From Anaerolineales bacterium (lineage in GTDB: Bacteria; Chloroflexota; Anaerolineae; Anaerolineales; RBG-16-64-43), in assembly GCA_034430775.1 (NCBI GenBank), contig DAOUDU010000081.1:19063-83062 (forward strand): a DNA stretch of 64,000 nucleotides, written 5' to 3'. The notes beneath the pieces are model-generated. The model did no database searches and was not told the origin of the DNA. It saw nothing but the letters and a program-made list of their open reading frames with translations. The stretch's first letter is position 1; each line of letters starts with the position of its first letter. This document shows, in pieces, positions 1 to 9,826 of the stretch. The translations under genes and the position numbers were made by a program.

Positions 1-1
1 C

Positions 2-427
2 GAGACGGCGCGCCGTCTGGCGATGGCCGGTGTGGCCGCGATCGATGTGGCCGGCGCTGGAGGCACGTCCTGGTCACAGGTTGAAAAGTACCGTGCTCAA
101 AACCGCAACCAGGCGCGGTTGGCGGCATTATTCGCGGACTGGGGCCTTTCCACCGCAGAGGCGCTTGTGGATTGCCGTCGGGCGGTACCCAACCTGCCCC
201 TGATCGCTTCCGGCGGGATTCGCAACGGATTGGAGATCGCCAAATGCATCGCCCTCGGCGCCAACCTGGCCGGGATTGCCGGTCCGCTTCTGCAAGCCGC
301 GGTGAAAGGGCCGCGATCCGTGGAAGCGGAACTCGAGCGGTGGATCCGTGAATTGCGGGTGACGATGTTCGCCGCTGGCGCGCGCGACCTTTCCGAACTT
401 CGTAGTCTGTCACTCCAGAAGAAATGA
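2..427 (+). CDS. fni: Type 2 isopentenyl-diphosphate delta-isomerase, C-terminal part (5' end outside the window)
   Basis: Frame open from base 2. Motifs DVAGAGGTSW and LIASGGIRNG(L)EIAK(C)IALGA of FMN-dependent IDI-2. Stop overlaps the start of the next gene (ATGA). Confidence 0.9.
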   Translation, partial: ETARRLAMAGVAAIDVAGAGGTSWSQVEKYRAQNRNQARLAALFADWGLSTAEALVDCRRAVPNLPLIASGGIRNGLEIAKCIALGANLAGIAGPLLQAAVKGPRSVEAELERWIRELRVTMFAAGARDLSELRSLSLQKK

Positions 428-1428
428 CGCCCCCGTCGTCCAAATCCTCCCAAAACGAAATGCGGTTGGAGCTCGACGCCTGTTTGCACCGGTCCGTCGG
501 CCGCTTGAAAGCCACACACAACGGTCTGTGGGAAATGGCGACGTATGCCATGGGATGGAGCGGGGAAGGCGCCGGCCCCGAAACAACCGGTAAACGCATC
601 CGCCCCCTGCTTTGCCTGCTTTCCTGCGGAGGGTGCGGGGCGGATTGGCATGCCGCGCTTCCGCCGGCCGGCGCGGTCGAGTTGATCCATTCTTTTTCAC
701 TGATCCACGACGACATCCAGGACGGCGATGCCACCCGGCGCGGCCGGCCGGCGGTCTGGAAACGGCATGGTTCCGCCCAGGCGATCAACGTCGGGGATGC
801 AATCTTCACGCTCGCGTTTTCCGTATTGGCGGATTCGGATTCCGCGCTCGCCGCCGAGTGGCTGCGGATCCTCTCCGGCACCTGCGTGCGATTGACATAC
901 GGGCAGTTCTTGGATTTAACATATGAAGACGCCCAGAGGATCACCCTAAGTGAGTATCAGGAAATGATCGAAGGGAAAACCGCCGCGCTGGTCGAAGCCG
1001 CCTGCCGGCTGGGCGCGGTAAGCGCGGGCGCAACCCAAGCGCGGCAGGATGCATTCGCCCGCTTCGGCCGCGCCCTGGGACTGGCTTTTCAGATTCAGGA
1101 CGATTACCTGGGCGTGTGGGGCGACCCAAAAGTGACCGGTAAACCCAACGCCAGCGACCTATTGGCTCGCAAGAAGAGCCTTCCGATCCTCTATGGACTC
1201 GAACGGTCGGAGAAATTCCGCGCCCTGCTCACAGCCAGCCTTTCGCCTGCGGTTATCCCGGCGCTTCTGACGGAACTCGAAGCATGCGGCGCGCGGGATC
1301 ACACGCTTTCACTTTCGCGCCAATGGGTCAATCAGGCTTTTGAATCACTCCAAGCGGCCGAGCCGCTCGGGAAGTACAGTCTAACTTTGGAATCCCTGGC
1401 CCGGGCGCTGCTCGGTCGCCGGAAATAA
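424..1428 (+). CDS. Polyprenyl diphosphate synthase (GGPP synthase-like, short chain)
   Basis: GKRIRP, first Asp-rich motif HSFSLIHDDIQDGDATRRG, second motif FQIQDDYLG, KT motif. The Phe five residues before the first motif suggests a short product. Confidence 0.9.
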   Translation: MTPPSSKSSQNEMRLELDACLHRSVGRLKATHNGLWEMATYAMGWSGEGAGPETTGKRIRPLLCLLSCGGCGADWHAALPPAGAVELIHSFSLIHDDIQDGDATRRGRPAVWKRHGSAQAINVGDAIFTLAFSVLADSDSALAAEWLRILSGTCVRLTYGQFLDLTYEDAQRITLSEYQEMIEGKTAALVEAACRLGAVSAGATQARQDAFARFGRALGLAFQIQDDYLGVWGDPKVTGKPNASDLLARKKSLPILYGLERSEKFRALLTASLSPAVIPALLTELEACGARDHTLSLSRQWVNQAFESLQAAEPLGKYSLTLESLARALLGRRK

Positions 1429-1435
1429 AGTTCGG

Positions 1436-1842
1436 CACTCCCGCACGATTTCGGCGGTTATCCATGACATACTCAAATACAAATTAACTCCGCGAAGGGT
1501 AAAACCTCTGGATGCCCCCCCAACCCACGCAGGCATGACGGACTTTTTTACTCGTCATTCCCGCGCGCTCTTGGCGGGAATCCACTACAGACTTATTTAT
1601 ATCCATTCTCGACAAAGGTACAAACCGCGAATGTCCGCCAAGTACATGCGGGCATGACGCACTCCTTTGGCTCGTCATTCCCGCGTGGGTTAAGCGGGAA
1701 TCCATGACGTCCTCAAATATAATTTAACTCCGCGAAGGAAAACCCCTGGATCCCCGCCTAGAACACATCCACGCCGTTTTCCTCCCGGCTCATAAATCCA
1801 ACACGAGTCGGGATGCGCCGCGGGTGCAGGCGCGGGGATGAC
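1436..1842. repeat. Cluster of alternating REP-like palindromes (GTCATTCCCGC...GCGGGAATCCA and its inverse) within a ~240-bp duplicated unit
   Basis: GTCATTCCCGCG..GCGGGAATCCA at 1554-1584 and 1674-1704. Inverse-type units end in GCATGAC/GGATGAC at 1539, 1658 and 1842. TCCATGAC..CTCAAATA..TTAACTCCGCGAAGG..AAA.C.CTGGAT starts at both 1461 and 1701. Lies between convergent genes. Confidence 0.75.
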
Positions 1843-1893
1843 GAATACTAAACCCGCGGCGATGGTCGATGATCCATTGTCGATCGTCGGTAT

Positions 1894-3117
1894 TCACACG
1901 AATAGTTGAAATACGCGGTTCCCCAGCAATCGGCCGCGGGGTGTCAATCGCAGGGCATCCCCGTTCCGTGTCCATTCCAGCAAACCGTCGGCAATCGAGG
2001 AATCGATCTCTTCCCGGAAGCGATGGTAATAATCCTCGCCAAACCGGTTTTGATACGTGAACCGATCCACCCCGGCTTCGGTCAGGCGCAGACCCAGCCA
2101 CATCGCCTCGCGCAGTTCATCTTCGCGTGTGTGGAGCACGCTGCGGGAGACGGCGGGCGACAGCGGGAAGCGGCGCGCCCTCCCGCTTCGCATACGCTCG
2201 ATATATTTATCAACGGAACGGATATTGGCGTATCGTTTTCCCGCAGCACAGCCGTGCGCGCCGGCGCCGAATCCCAAATAGGGCCGGATCAGCCAATATC
2301 GCAGATTATGGCGGCAGGCAAAAGCGGGAAAATCCGTTGCCGGAGGATTACCCCGCCCCGGGTTCGCGGCCGCTTCAGCATCCTGCGCCCAGTTCGATAT
2401 CTCGTAATGCCGGTACCCCGCCGCCGCAAGCAGTCCCTCCGCCTGCTCGTACATATCCGCCGCCGCATCGGTATCCGGCGCCGCGAGTGCGCCGCGCCGG
2501 ACCGCGCGCGCAAGTTCCGTCCCGCGTTCCAGTGTGAGCGCATACAGTGAAAGATGCTCCGGCGTGAGCGACAGCGCACATACAAGCGTATGCGTCCAAG
2601 ACGTCATGGATTGCCCAGGCAGTCCGTACATTAAATCCAGGCTGAGGTTGGTAAATCCTGCGCGGTGGGCGGCTTTCGCCGAATTGTCCGCATCCGAAAA
2701 CGTATGGATGCGGCCGAGAAGGCGCAGTTCATCGTCATCCGCCGATTGCACCCCCAGGCTGAGACGGTTGATCCCGGCTTCGCGGAACGTTTTCAACCGG
2801 GCGTCATCCACCGTTCCGGGATTGGCTTCGAGCGTGATCTCCGCGTGCGGGTCGAGCCGGAACGAACTCCGGATGCTTTCCAGCAAGGCCACCACCTGCC
2901 GCGGATCAAGCAGTGAGGGCGTCCCGCCGCCGAAAAACACGCTGTCAACGGAAGGGGATCCCCCCGCTTCGCCCGTCGCTTCGATTTCGCGAATCAGCGC
3001 CCGGCTATACGCGGGAATCCGCTTGCGCATCCCTTCCGTCGAAAAGAAGTCGCAGTATTTGCAGCGCCGCAGGCAGAAGGGAAAGTGCAGATATAAACCA
3101 ACCGAATCGGGAAGCAT
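1894..3117 (-). CDS. hemW: Radical SAM heme chaperone HemW (HemN-like)
   Basis: LYLHFPFCLRRCKYCDF (CxxxCxxC), FFGGGTPS, TLEANP, RLSLGVQS, YEISNWA. Start set at the ATG at 3117 rather than the ORF-track start 3180. Confidence 0.9.
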   Translation of the reverse strand: MLPDSVGLYLHFPFCLRRCKYCDFFSTEGMRKRIPAYSRALIREIEATGEAGGSPSVDSVFFGGGTPSLLDPRQVVALLESIRSSFRLDPHAEITLEANPGTVDDARLKTFREAGINRLSLGVQSADDDELRLLGRIHTFSDADNSAKAAHRAGFTNLSLDLMYGLPGQSMTSWTHTLVCALSLTPEHLSLYALTLERGTELARAVRRGALAAPDTDAAADMYEQAEGLLAAAGYRHYEISNWAQDAEAAANPGRGNPPATDFPAFACRHNLRYWLIRPYLGFGAGAHGCAAGKRYANIRSVDKYIERMRSGRARRFPLSPAVSRSVLHTREDELREAMWLGLRLTEAGVDRFTYQNRFGEDYYHRFREEIDSSIADGLLEWTRNGDALRLTPRGRLLGNRVFQLFV

Positions 3118-3166
3118 GGCGGCTATAATATCATTTCCACTATTCCTGTCCGGCGGCGAAAACGCC

Positions 3167-3586
3167 ATGCGCAATGACATTTACCTTCAGTGCTTCCGGA
3201 ACGGCCAACCGGCGGGGTGGCCCGTACCGGCGTTGCTTCTCTTGTTCCCGATTCAAACGCGCGAGTCGTGGCCGGGTTCCTGGCACATCCGGTACGACGA
3301 ACGCAACTCCTGCGATATCGCCGTTTTCCCGTTTCCCGCCAATGGGGCGTTTATCGAATCGCTTTGCATCCATCGTCCGTGCAGCGACGCACGTCTGTGG
3401 CAGGCGCTGTTTACCCTGCTGCGCATGGGTAATGTCGTGCTGTATTCTTCCGGCGACCTTCCACCCCTAGTGGCGGAGGAGAGAGCCCTCGCCCATCTAC
3501 CGCCCGGCATGATCGAAAGCCTCGGCCCGCCGGTTTGTGTTCATTCAGCGCAGGAAAGCCAACAAGCGGTTGTATACGGAGAATAA
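3167..3586 (+). CDS. Hypothetical protein (139 aa)
   Basis: C-terminal part of track ORF 2534..3586, starting MRNDIYLQCF at 3167. Protein-like composition. Divergent from hemW, with TATAAT at 3124-3129. Confidence 0.6.
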   Translation: MRNDIYLQCFRNGQPAGWPVPALLLLFPIQTRESWPGSWHIRYDERNSCDIAVFPFPANGAFIESLCIHRPCSDARLWQALFTLLRMGNVVLYSSGDLPPLVAEERALAHLPPGMIESLGPPVCVHSAQESQQAVVYGE

Positions 3587-3731
3587 CCGATTCCCGGAAC
3601 ATGGGGCCGGGCCGGCTCCTGATCCGGCATTCATTTTCCCGCTCCCGCAACCCGCTGAACGTCAGCAGCATCCCTCCCTGCGCGGAATGCGCATCCTCCC
3701 TGTGATCCCCCATCCCGGCGGATGGGTTTTC

Positions 3732-3760
3732 TTGATTACCTCTGCGCTTTGTATTAAACT
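3732..3760 (+). promoter_or_regulatory. Sigma70-type promoter (TTGATT-N17-TAAACT), probably giving a leaderless transcript
   Basis: -35 at 3732-3737 and -10 at 3755-3760. The ATG at 3769 follows 8 nt later with no SD. Confidence 0.5.
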
Positions 3761-3768
3761 AACGTGTC

Positions 3769-4413
3769 ATGCGATTCCCGATCCTGGCCTTTGCCGTTTT
3801 GTCGATATCCGCAGCCATTGCCTCCTTTCAGGCGGACGACACTCTGCGAATCGATTCGCCGGCGTCCAACGATACGGTTTCCGGGATTGTAGAAATCCGG
3901 GGCGCCGCTTCCGCTCCCGGAATGATGCGCTTTCGCGTCGAATTTGGATACGATCCGGATCCGACCGGAACCTGGTTCCTCATCCGGGAAGGAACGGAAC
4001 CGGCGCAAAATGGACCGCTGGCTGTCTGGGACACAACATCCGTCAGCGAGGGGGAATACGCCCTGCGGCTCGCCGCATACTTTACCGACGGCTCGATTCG
4101 GGAGGTAATTACCCGCGGGTTGCACCTGCGCCGGGAGAACCCGCCGACCGCCAATTCCTCCGTTGAAGCTGTCACGCCGATTGCGCCGGATACGGCTTCC
4201 TACCCCAAGCCGGCGGCCGCCTTTCCCGCGCCCACTGCCGTCTTCGCGACGGAGCCATCTTCCGCAGGCGGGGCCGCATCCGCCCACATGGTACCGATGG
4301 TGATCGGCGCCGGATTGGCCGTGCTGGGTTTCGGATTGTATTGGATCCGGTCACGCTGGTTATGGTGGTCGCGGCGTTTTTTCATCCGAAAGATTCGGAA
4401 AAGCGGAAAATAA
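3769..4413 (+). CDS. Exported/membrane-anchored protein with an Ig-like domain
   Basis: N-terminal signal peptide, beta-rich segment IDSPASNDTVSGIVEIRGAAS...GPLAVWDTT..V.EGEYALRL, Pro/Ala/Thr linker, C-terminal TM helix and basic tail. Confidence 0.7.
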   Translation: MRFPILAFAVLSISAAIASFQADDTLRIDSPASNDTVSGIVEIRGAASAPGMMRFRVEFGYDPDPTGTWFLIREGTEPAQNGPLAVWDTTSVSEGEYALRLAAYFTDGSIREVITRGLHLRRENPPTANSSVEAVTPIAPDTASYPKPAAAFPAPTAVFATEPSSAGGAASAHMVPMVIGAGLAVLGFGLYWIRSRWLWWSRRFFIRKIRKSGK

Positions 4414-4417
4414 ATTT

Positions 4418-4485
4418 CCGCGGAGGACACCGGGGGGCGCGGAAAAGTCAAATTGAAAATCCGTGTTCCTCCGTGCGCTCTGTGG
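4418..4485. repeat. Degenerate REP-like inverted repeat
   Basis: Left arm CCGCGGAGGACACCGGGGGGCGCGGA imperfectly complements right arm TCCGTGTTCCTCCGTGCGCTCTGTGG. Intergenic. Confidence 0.45.
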
Positions 4486-4537
4486 TCATCAAAAACGGAA
4501 TTGAAAATACCATGATCCGATGGATGGAATGGAGACT

Positions 4538-5158
4538 ATGGATGATATCTACTTGATCGTCGGGCTGGGGAACCCCGGCCGCGAGTACGCCCAAACCCGC
4601 CACAACATCGGATTCCGCATCGCCGACCAACTCGCCAAAACACTCGGAGTCCGGTTTTCCCGCCAACAGAACCGGGCGTTCGTCGCCTCGAGCACACGGA
4701 ATGGCGCAAAGCTTATCCTGGCAAAACCGCAGACCTTTATGAACCTGAGCGGGCAGTCCGTCTCCGGCTTGGTTCGGTTTTACAAAGTGCCCCCCGCCAA
4801 CCTGCTGGTGTGCTGCGACGATATCGATCTGCCGTTCGGCGCCATTCGAATGCGCGCCTCCGGCGGATCGGCCGGACAGCGCGGAATGCAATCCATCCTC
4901 GAAGCACTCGGCACCAAGGACGTTCCCCGGCTCCGTTTCGGAGTCGGCCGACCCCCGGGGAGGATGAATGCGGCGGATTATGTCCTGCGGACTTTCGACA
5001 GCTTGGAAGAAGAAACCATTCCAATCATCATCGAGAAAGCCGTCCAGGCCGTGCTGGCATTTGTCGACAGCGGCATGCCGGAAGCGATGAATCGTTTCAA
5101 TGCCGTACCCCCGGATTCTGCTCCGCGCGGGGATGCGAAGCCGAACGGCCAGGATTAA
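4538..5158 (+). CDS. pth: Peptidyl-tRNA hydrolase
   Basis: YLIVGLGNPG.EY..TRHNIGF, KPQTFMNLSG, RLRFGVGRP. SD GGAG precedes the ATG at 4538. Confidence 0.95.
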   Translation: MDDIYLIVGLGNPGREYAQTRHNIGFRIADQLAKTLGVRFSRQQNRAFVASSTRNGAKLILAKPQTFMNLSGQSVSGLVRFYKVPPANLLVCCDDIDLPFGAIRMRASGGSAGQRGMQSILEALGTKDVPRLRFGVGRPPGRMNAADYVLRTFDSLEEETIPIIIEKAVQAVLAFVDSGMPEAMNRFNAVPPDSAPRGDAKPNGQD

Positions 5159-5164
5159 TCTTGT

Positions 5165-8100
5165 ATGGATCTTTCCCGCTGGCTTTCGCTTTTTCAAGAG
5201 GATCCGAGGTACCACGACCTGCTCGCGGCGCTGGGTTCCACCACGGCGCCGCCCGCCGGAAGCTCGATTTCTCTCTCCCTGTTGCGGGCCGCGCGTCCCC
5301 CGCTGTTGGCCGGGCTGGCGCGCGGGCTCTCCCGGCCGATCGTGGTGCTGACCGCACGCGCCGAACGGGCGCTGGCCCTGCGCGACGAGCTTGCCGCCTG
5401 GGATCCGCTGGTGGAAGCGTTTATCTTCTCGGAACCGACACCGGTTTTTTATGAACTATCCCCCTGGGGGCCGCGCACCATCCGTGAGCGGATCACCGCG
5501 CTTACCGGGCTTACCGCCGCATCCGACTCCGGACAGCGCGCCCGCTCGAAGATCGTGATCGCGTCCGCCCACGCATTAATCACACCCACCCTGCCGCCGC
5601 AATCCTTCCGTTCCGCCATGCGTATTATGCGAGCGGGTGATTCCGCCTCTCCGGAGAGACTCGCCCGGGATTGGATCAACCTCGGGTACCGTCCGGAAAG
5701 TCTGGTCGTCGAGCCCGGCCAGTTCAGTCGGCGCGGCGGGATCGTCGATATCTGGCCGCCGGCCGAATCCCTTCCTTCGCGGATCGAGTTCTTCGGCGAC
5801 CAGATCGAGACACTGCGGTTATTCGATCCTTCCACACAGCGCACAACCGCAAAAGCGGACTTTCTGCGGATCACACCGGCACGGGAACTCCTCGCGGAGG
5901 ATCTTGCGCGAATTGGAAAGCTTCCGACGGAGGGCGATCTGCGGCCGGAATTTCCGCTCGAGTATTGGATCCCTTCGACCTACCCTCCGGCGGGATTGCT
6001 GGATTATCTCCCGCAGGATGGCGTCGTTGCGCTGGAAGAATGGAACGAGCTCGGCGATGCGGTCGCGGACCTCGAAGAGCACGCACTGCTTCTGCGGCGC
6101 GAGGCGGAGGAAAGCGCCGGCCTCCCGTTGAATTCCCCGCGAGCCCACCTGACCTGGGATGATATTCGTGAATCGCTTGAAGGCCGCACCGTGCTGCATC
6201 TGGGCGCGGGGGAGGAGGAGAGCATCCCCGTTCCGGTGGGCGGGGCGTATGCCCCACCGCCGCATTTCGGCGGCATGTTGAAATCGTTCGTCGAGCAGGC
6301 GAATCGTCTGCGCCAGGGAAAAAACCGCGTGGCCGTGGTCTCGCGCCAGGCGGACCGGCTGCTCGAAGTGTGGAACGAACAGCGTCCAGAAACCGGTCCC
6401 ATCCTTGTGCCGGTCGATGTACCCGTCCCCCCGCCCGCGGAATCCGACGTATTATTCATCCACGGATCGCTGCAGGAGGGGTTTTCTTTCCGCGGATTTA
6501 CGCTTCTGACCGACAACGAGATCTTCGGCTGGATCCGGCCTGAACCGCGCCGCCGCCCGACGACGAAAGCACTCCCTCCGGAATCGGCCTACGCCGATCT
6601 GAAACCGGGGGATTTCGTCGTCCACATCGAATTTGGAATCGGGTTGTTTACCGGCCTGGTCCGGCGCATGGTCGACGGGCTGGACCGGGAATACCTGCAG
6701 GTGGAGTTCGGCGACGGGGGCCAGGTGTACGTTCCGATTCATCAGGCGGACCGGCTGACGCGCTATATCGGCGCGGATGAGAAGCCGCCGACGCTTTCAC
6801 GCCTCGGGTCGCAGGAATGGACGGCGACCCGCGAACGCGCCCGGCGCGCTGCGCTCAACGTCGCCCGCGATATGCTGGCGCTGTATGCACAGCGGGAAGC
6901 CGCACAAGGACGGGCTTTTTCCTCCGACACCCCCTGGCAGCGCGAATTGGAAACTTCCTTCCCCTATCTGGAGACCGACGATCAACTGCGCGCCATCAAC
7001 GAAGTCAAACAGGATATGCAGCGCGTGCGACCGATGGACCGCCTGATCTGCGGCGACGTCGGTTATGGGAAAACCGAAGTTGCCCTGCGCGCCGCATTTA
7101 AGGCGGTGATGGACGGCGTGCAGGTGGCGGTGCTGGTGCCCACCACCGTTCTGGCCCAACAGCATTATCAAACATTCTCCCAGCGTCTCGCGGCATTCCC
7201 GGTGCGGGTGGAAATGCTCTCCCGCTTCCGCACGCCCGCCGAGCAGGATCGAATCCTGAAATTGTTGGGCGAAGGCAAATTGGACATCCTGATCGGCACC
7301 CACCGGCTGATCCAACGGGACGTTGCCTTTCCGAACCTCGGGCTGGTGGTGATCGATGAAGAACAGCGCTTCGGAGTGGCGCACAAGGAACATTTGAAGA
7401 AATTACGCACCGAAGTGGACGTGCTCACCCTTACCGCGACGCCGATACCCCGCACGCTCTACCTCTCGCTGGCCGGCGTGCGCGATATCTCCACGATTAA
7501 CACACCGCCCGAGGAACGTATGCCGATCGTTACACGGATCGGTCCGTACGACGAAAAGCAGGTACGCCAGGCAATCCTGCGGGAGATTGAACGCGGCGGG
7601 CAGGTGTTCTACCTTCATAACCGGGTGGAAACGATCCGGACGGTGCGGGAAAAACTGGCCGCGCTCATTCCGGAAGCACGGATCCGGATCGGGCACGGGC
7701 AGATGCCCGAGCATGAATTGGAACAGACGATGGACGCCTTCGTGCGGCGCGAGGTGGACGTCCTGTTGTGCACATCGATCATCGAATCCGGGCTGGATAT
7801 TCCCAACGCCAATACGTTGATCATCGACCGGGCGGATACCTTCGGGCTGGCGCAGCTCTATCAATTGCGCGGACGGGTCGGACGCGGCCCGGTACGCGCG
7901 TACGCCTACTTCTTCACGGACCGGCGTCACCGCCCAACACCGGAAGCCTATGACCGCCTGCAGGCATTGGCGGAGCAGACCGAATTGGGGGGAGGCTATG
8001 CGATCGCGATGCGCGATCTGGAAATCCGCGGCGCCGGGGAAATTCTCGGGACCCGCCAGAGCGGCCATATCGCGGCGATCGGTTTTCACCTCTACACCAG

Positions 8101-8590
8101 GCTGCTTTCGCAGGCGGTGCGCCGCCTGCGCGCCGAGCGGGATGGAAAACCGTCGGAAATGGATACCCTGCCTCCGAGCGTTGACCTGCCGCTGGCGGCC
8201 GCGCTCCCGGAAGAGTATGTCCCGGACCGCGACTTGCGCCTTCGCCTCTACCGGCGAATGGCTGAGATGGCATCGCAGGAAGAATTGGCGGCCCTGCGCA
8301 AGGAACTCGAGGACCGGTTCGGGGAATTGCCGGAAGCGGCGGAGAATTTGTTATATCAATTGCGGGTTAAGATTCTCGCCCAGGGTGCGGGAGTCGACGC
8401 CGTCGCCATGGAAGGCGGCGTGCTGACGGTCGGGATCTTCCTCGGCGAGGATACCCGCGCATTGGAACTTCATCCGCGCGCGCGCTACAGCAGAGGCAGA
8501 TTGTACATACCGGCCGGAAGCGATCCGGAAGATTGGAAACCGGATTTGGAGGGACTGTTGGAGACGCTCGCTTCCAGGAAAAAGGGTTAA
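5165..8590 (+). CDS. mfd: Transcription-repair coupling factor
   Basis: UvrB-like N-terminus, CarD-like RID domain, GDVGYGKTEVA, DEEQRFGV, TATPIPRTL, QLRGRVGR, DLEIRGAGE, TRCF C-terminus. Confidence 0.97.
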   Translation: MDLSRWLSLFQEDPRYHDLLAALGSTTAPPAGSSISLSLLRAARPPLLAGLARGLSRPIVVLTARAERALALRDELAAWDPLVEAFIFSEPTPVFYELSPWGPRTIRERITALTGLTAASDSGQRARSKIVIASAHALITPTLPPQSFRSAMRIMRAGDSASPERLARDWINLGYRPESLVVEPGQFSRRGGIVDIWPPAESLPSRIEFFGDQIETLRLFDPSTQRTTAKADFLRITPARELLAEDLARIGKLPTEGDLRPEFPLEYWIPSTYPPAGLLDYLPQDGVVALEEWNELGDAVADLEEHALLLRREAEESAGLPLNSPRAHLTWDDIRESLEGRTVLHLGAGEEESIPVPVGGAYAPPPHFGGMLKSFVEQANRLRQGKNRVAVVSRQADRLLEVWNEQRPETGPILVPVDVPVPPPAESDVLFIHGSLQEGFSFRGFTLLTDNEIFGWIRPEPRRRPTTKALPPESAYADLKPGDFVVHIEFGIGLFTGLVRRMVDGLDREYLQVEFGDGGQVYVPIHQADRLTRYIGADEKPPTLSRLGSQEWTATRERARRAALNVARDMLALYAQREAAQGRAFSSDTPWQRELETSFPYLETDDQLRAINEVKQDMQRVRPMDRLICGDVGYGKTEVALRAAFKAVMDGVQVAVLVPTTVLAQQHYQTFSQRLAAFPVRVEMLSRFRTPAEQDRILKLLGEGKLDILIGTHRLIQRDVAFPNLGLVVIDEEQRFGVAHKEHLKKLRTEVDVLTLTATPIPRTLYLSLAGVRDISTINTPPEERMPIVTRIGPYDEKQVRQAILREIERGGQVFYLHNRVETIRTVREKLAALIPEARIRIGHGQMPEHELEQTMDAFVRREVDVLLCTSIIESGLDIPNANTLIIDRADTFGLAQLYQLRGRVGRGPVRAYAYFFTDRRHRPTPEAYDRLQALAEQTELGGGYAIAMRDLEIRGAGEILGTRQSGHIAAIGFHLYTRLLSQAVRRLRAERDGKPSEMDTLPPSVDLPLAAALPEEYVPDRDLRLRLYRRMAEMASQEELAALRKELEDRFGELPEAAENLLYQLRVKILAQGAGVDAVAMEGGVLTVGIFLGEDTRALELHPRARYSRGRLYIPAGSDPEDWKPDLEGLLETLASRKKG

Positions 8591-8825
8591 TCGATCTGCG
8601 TACGGCAGGCCCCGCCGCCTGAACCCGTTTTAGCGCCTCGAGAGGCCTTATTTTCCGGGGAGAAAAACCCGAACGGGTCATCATCCCGGATTTCTTATGG
8701 CATGCCGTATCGCGTTATTATTTTGGAGTGCTGTCCTTTATAATAAAGATGGATATCCAGTATTTCGGGGGAATGGCGCGGGATCGTCCAACCGCATTAT
8801 CTGAAAACGCATCGGAGGTATCCAT

Positions 8826-9770
8826 ATGCCGGCCGGGAAAAAAATAGTCCACCGCACTCGGGCATCCAAACCGCGAGCTTCCATCCTGCAGGCATTGCCG
8901 GATGGGATCATTCTGCTTGATGGGGCGAATCGCATTACAGAAATAAATCCGGCGGCTCGGAAACTGACGGGGTTGACCGAGCGGAAAGCTTTGGGAAAAT
9001 CCATTCAGGCTGTCTTTCCGGCATGGGAGGATTGGAATAGCCGCCTGCGCCGTTCCGCAAAAAAAGCCATCGTCCATTCGCCGATCCAGCCGGAGAGCAC
9101 GCTTGAAGTATTCCGGCTCCCCATAGCGCCCGCCTCGGGGAAAAGGGCCAGTAGTATGCTTTATATCCGGGATATCTCAAACTGTATCCGGATGGAGGAG
9201 GATCACAAGCATGCGCTGGAGCTCCTTCTCGAAAAGAACACAAACATTCAAATGTTGAGCGCATCGCTCCGGGAACAAGCCATCCGGGATCCGATCACCA
9301 GTTTGTACAACAGCTGCTATATGAAAGAATCGTTGAAAAACGAACTGACCCGGGCGGCCCGTTCAAAAAGCCCCATCAGTATTTTAAGGATCCGGCTCGA
9401 CCAATACCAGAAAGCCGGAGAAGTGTACGGGGATAAGGCCGGTGTTGAAATCCTAAAAATCATGGGGGCGATTATTTCCCGGTTTATCCGGCGCGAAGAT
9501 CTAGCCAGTCGGACGGGCGGCGAGGATTTCCTGCTGGTTATGCCCGGTGCGTCTCCTGCCATCGCCAAAGCACGCGCCGAACAATTGCTTAAAACATTCC
9601 ATGATTCGATACTTAATTTTCTCGGGTCGAAGATCGAATGCACATTCTCATGTGGTGTGGCTTCATTCCCGGCGCAGGGCGAGACGGTGGATGGGTTGCT
9701 CCGCTCAGCCGAGAAATCGCTTGCGGAATCCATTACCGCCGGGGGCAACCGGGTTACCGTCTGTTCATAA
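8826..9770 (+). CDS. PAS + GGDEF-domain protein with a degenerate active site (GGEDF)
   Basis: PAS (LQALPDGIILLDGANRITEINPAA), DP(I)TSLYN, RRED I-site, GGEDF, GGNRV terminus. Confidence 0.8.
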   Translation: MPAGKKIVHRTRASKPRASILQALPDGIILLDGANRITEINPAARKLTGLTERKALGKSIQAVFPAWEDWNSRLRRSAKKAIVHSPIQPESTLEVFRLPIAPASGKRASSMLYIRDISNCIRMEEDHKHALELLLEKNTNIQMLSASLREQAIRDPITSLYNSCYMKESLKNELTRAARSKSPISILRIRLDQYQKAGEVYGDKAGVEILKIMGAIISRFIRREDLASRTGGEDFLLVMPGASPAIAKARAEQLLKTFHDSILNFLGSKIECTFSCGVASFPAQGETVDGLLRSAEKSLAESITAGGNRVTVCS

Positions 9771-9826
9771 CCAGCATTTTGCAGCGGAAGCCTTTCCCGC
9801 CGGGGGATTAACATCTTGGCGGGGAG

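Noticed and set aside
1436-1842. Palindromic repeats as CRISPR or IS ends
   Set aside because: Units alternate in orientation and vary internally. There are no fixed-length spacers and no transposase.
2534-3166. N-terminal two-thirds of track ORF 2534..3586
   Set aside because: Antisense to hemW. Only the part from the ATG at 3167 looks like a protein.
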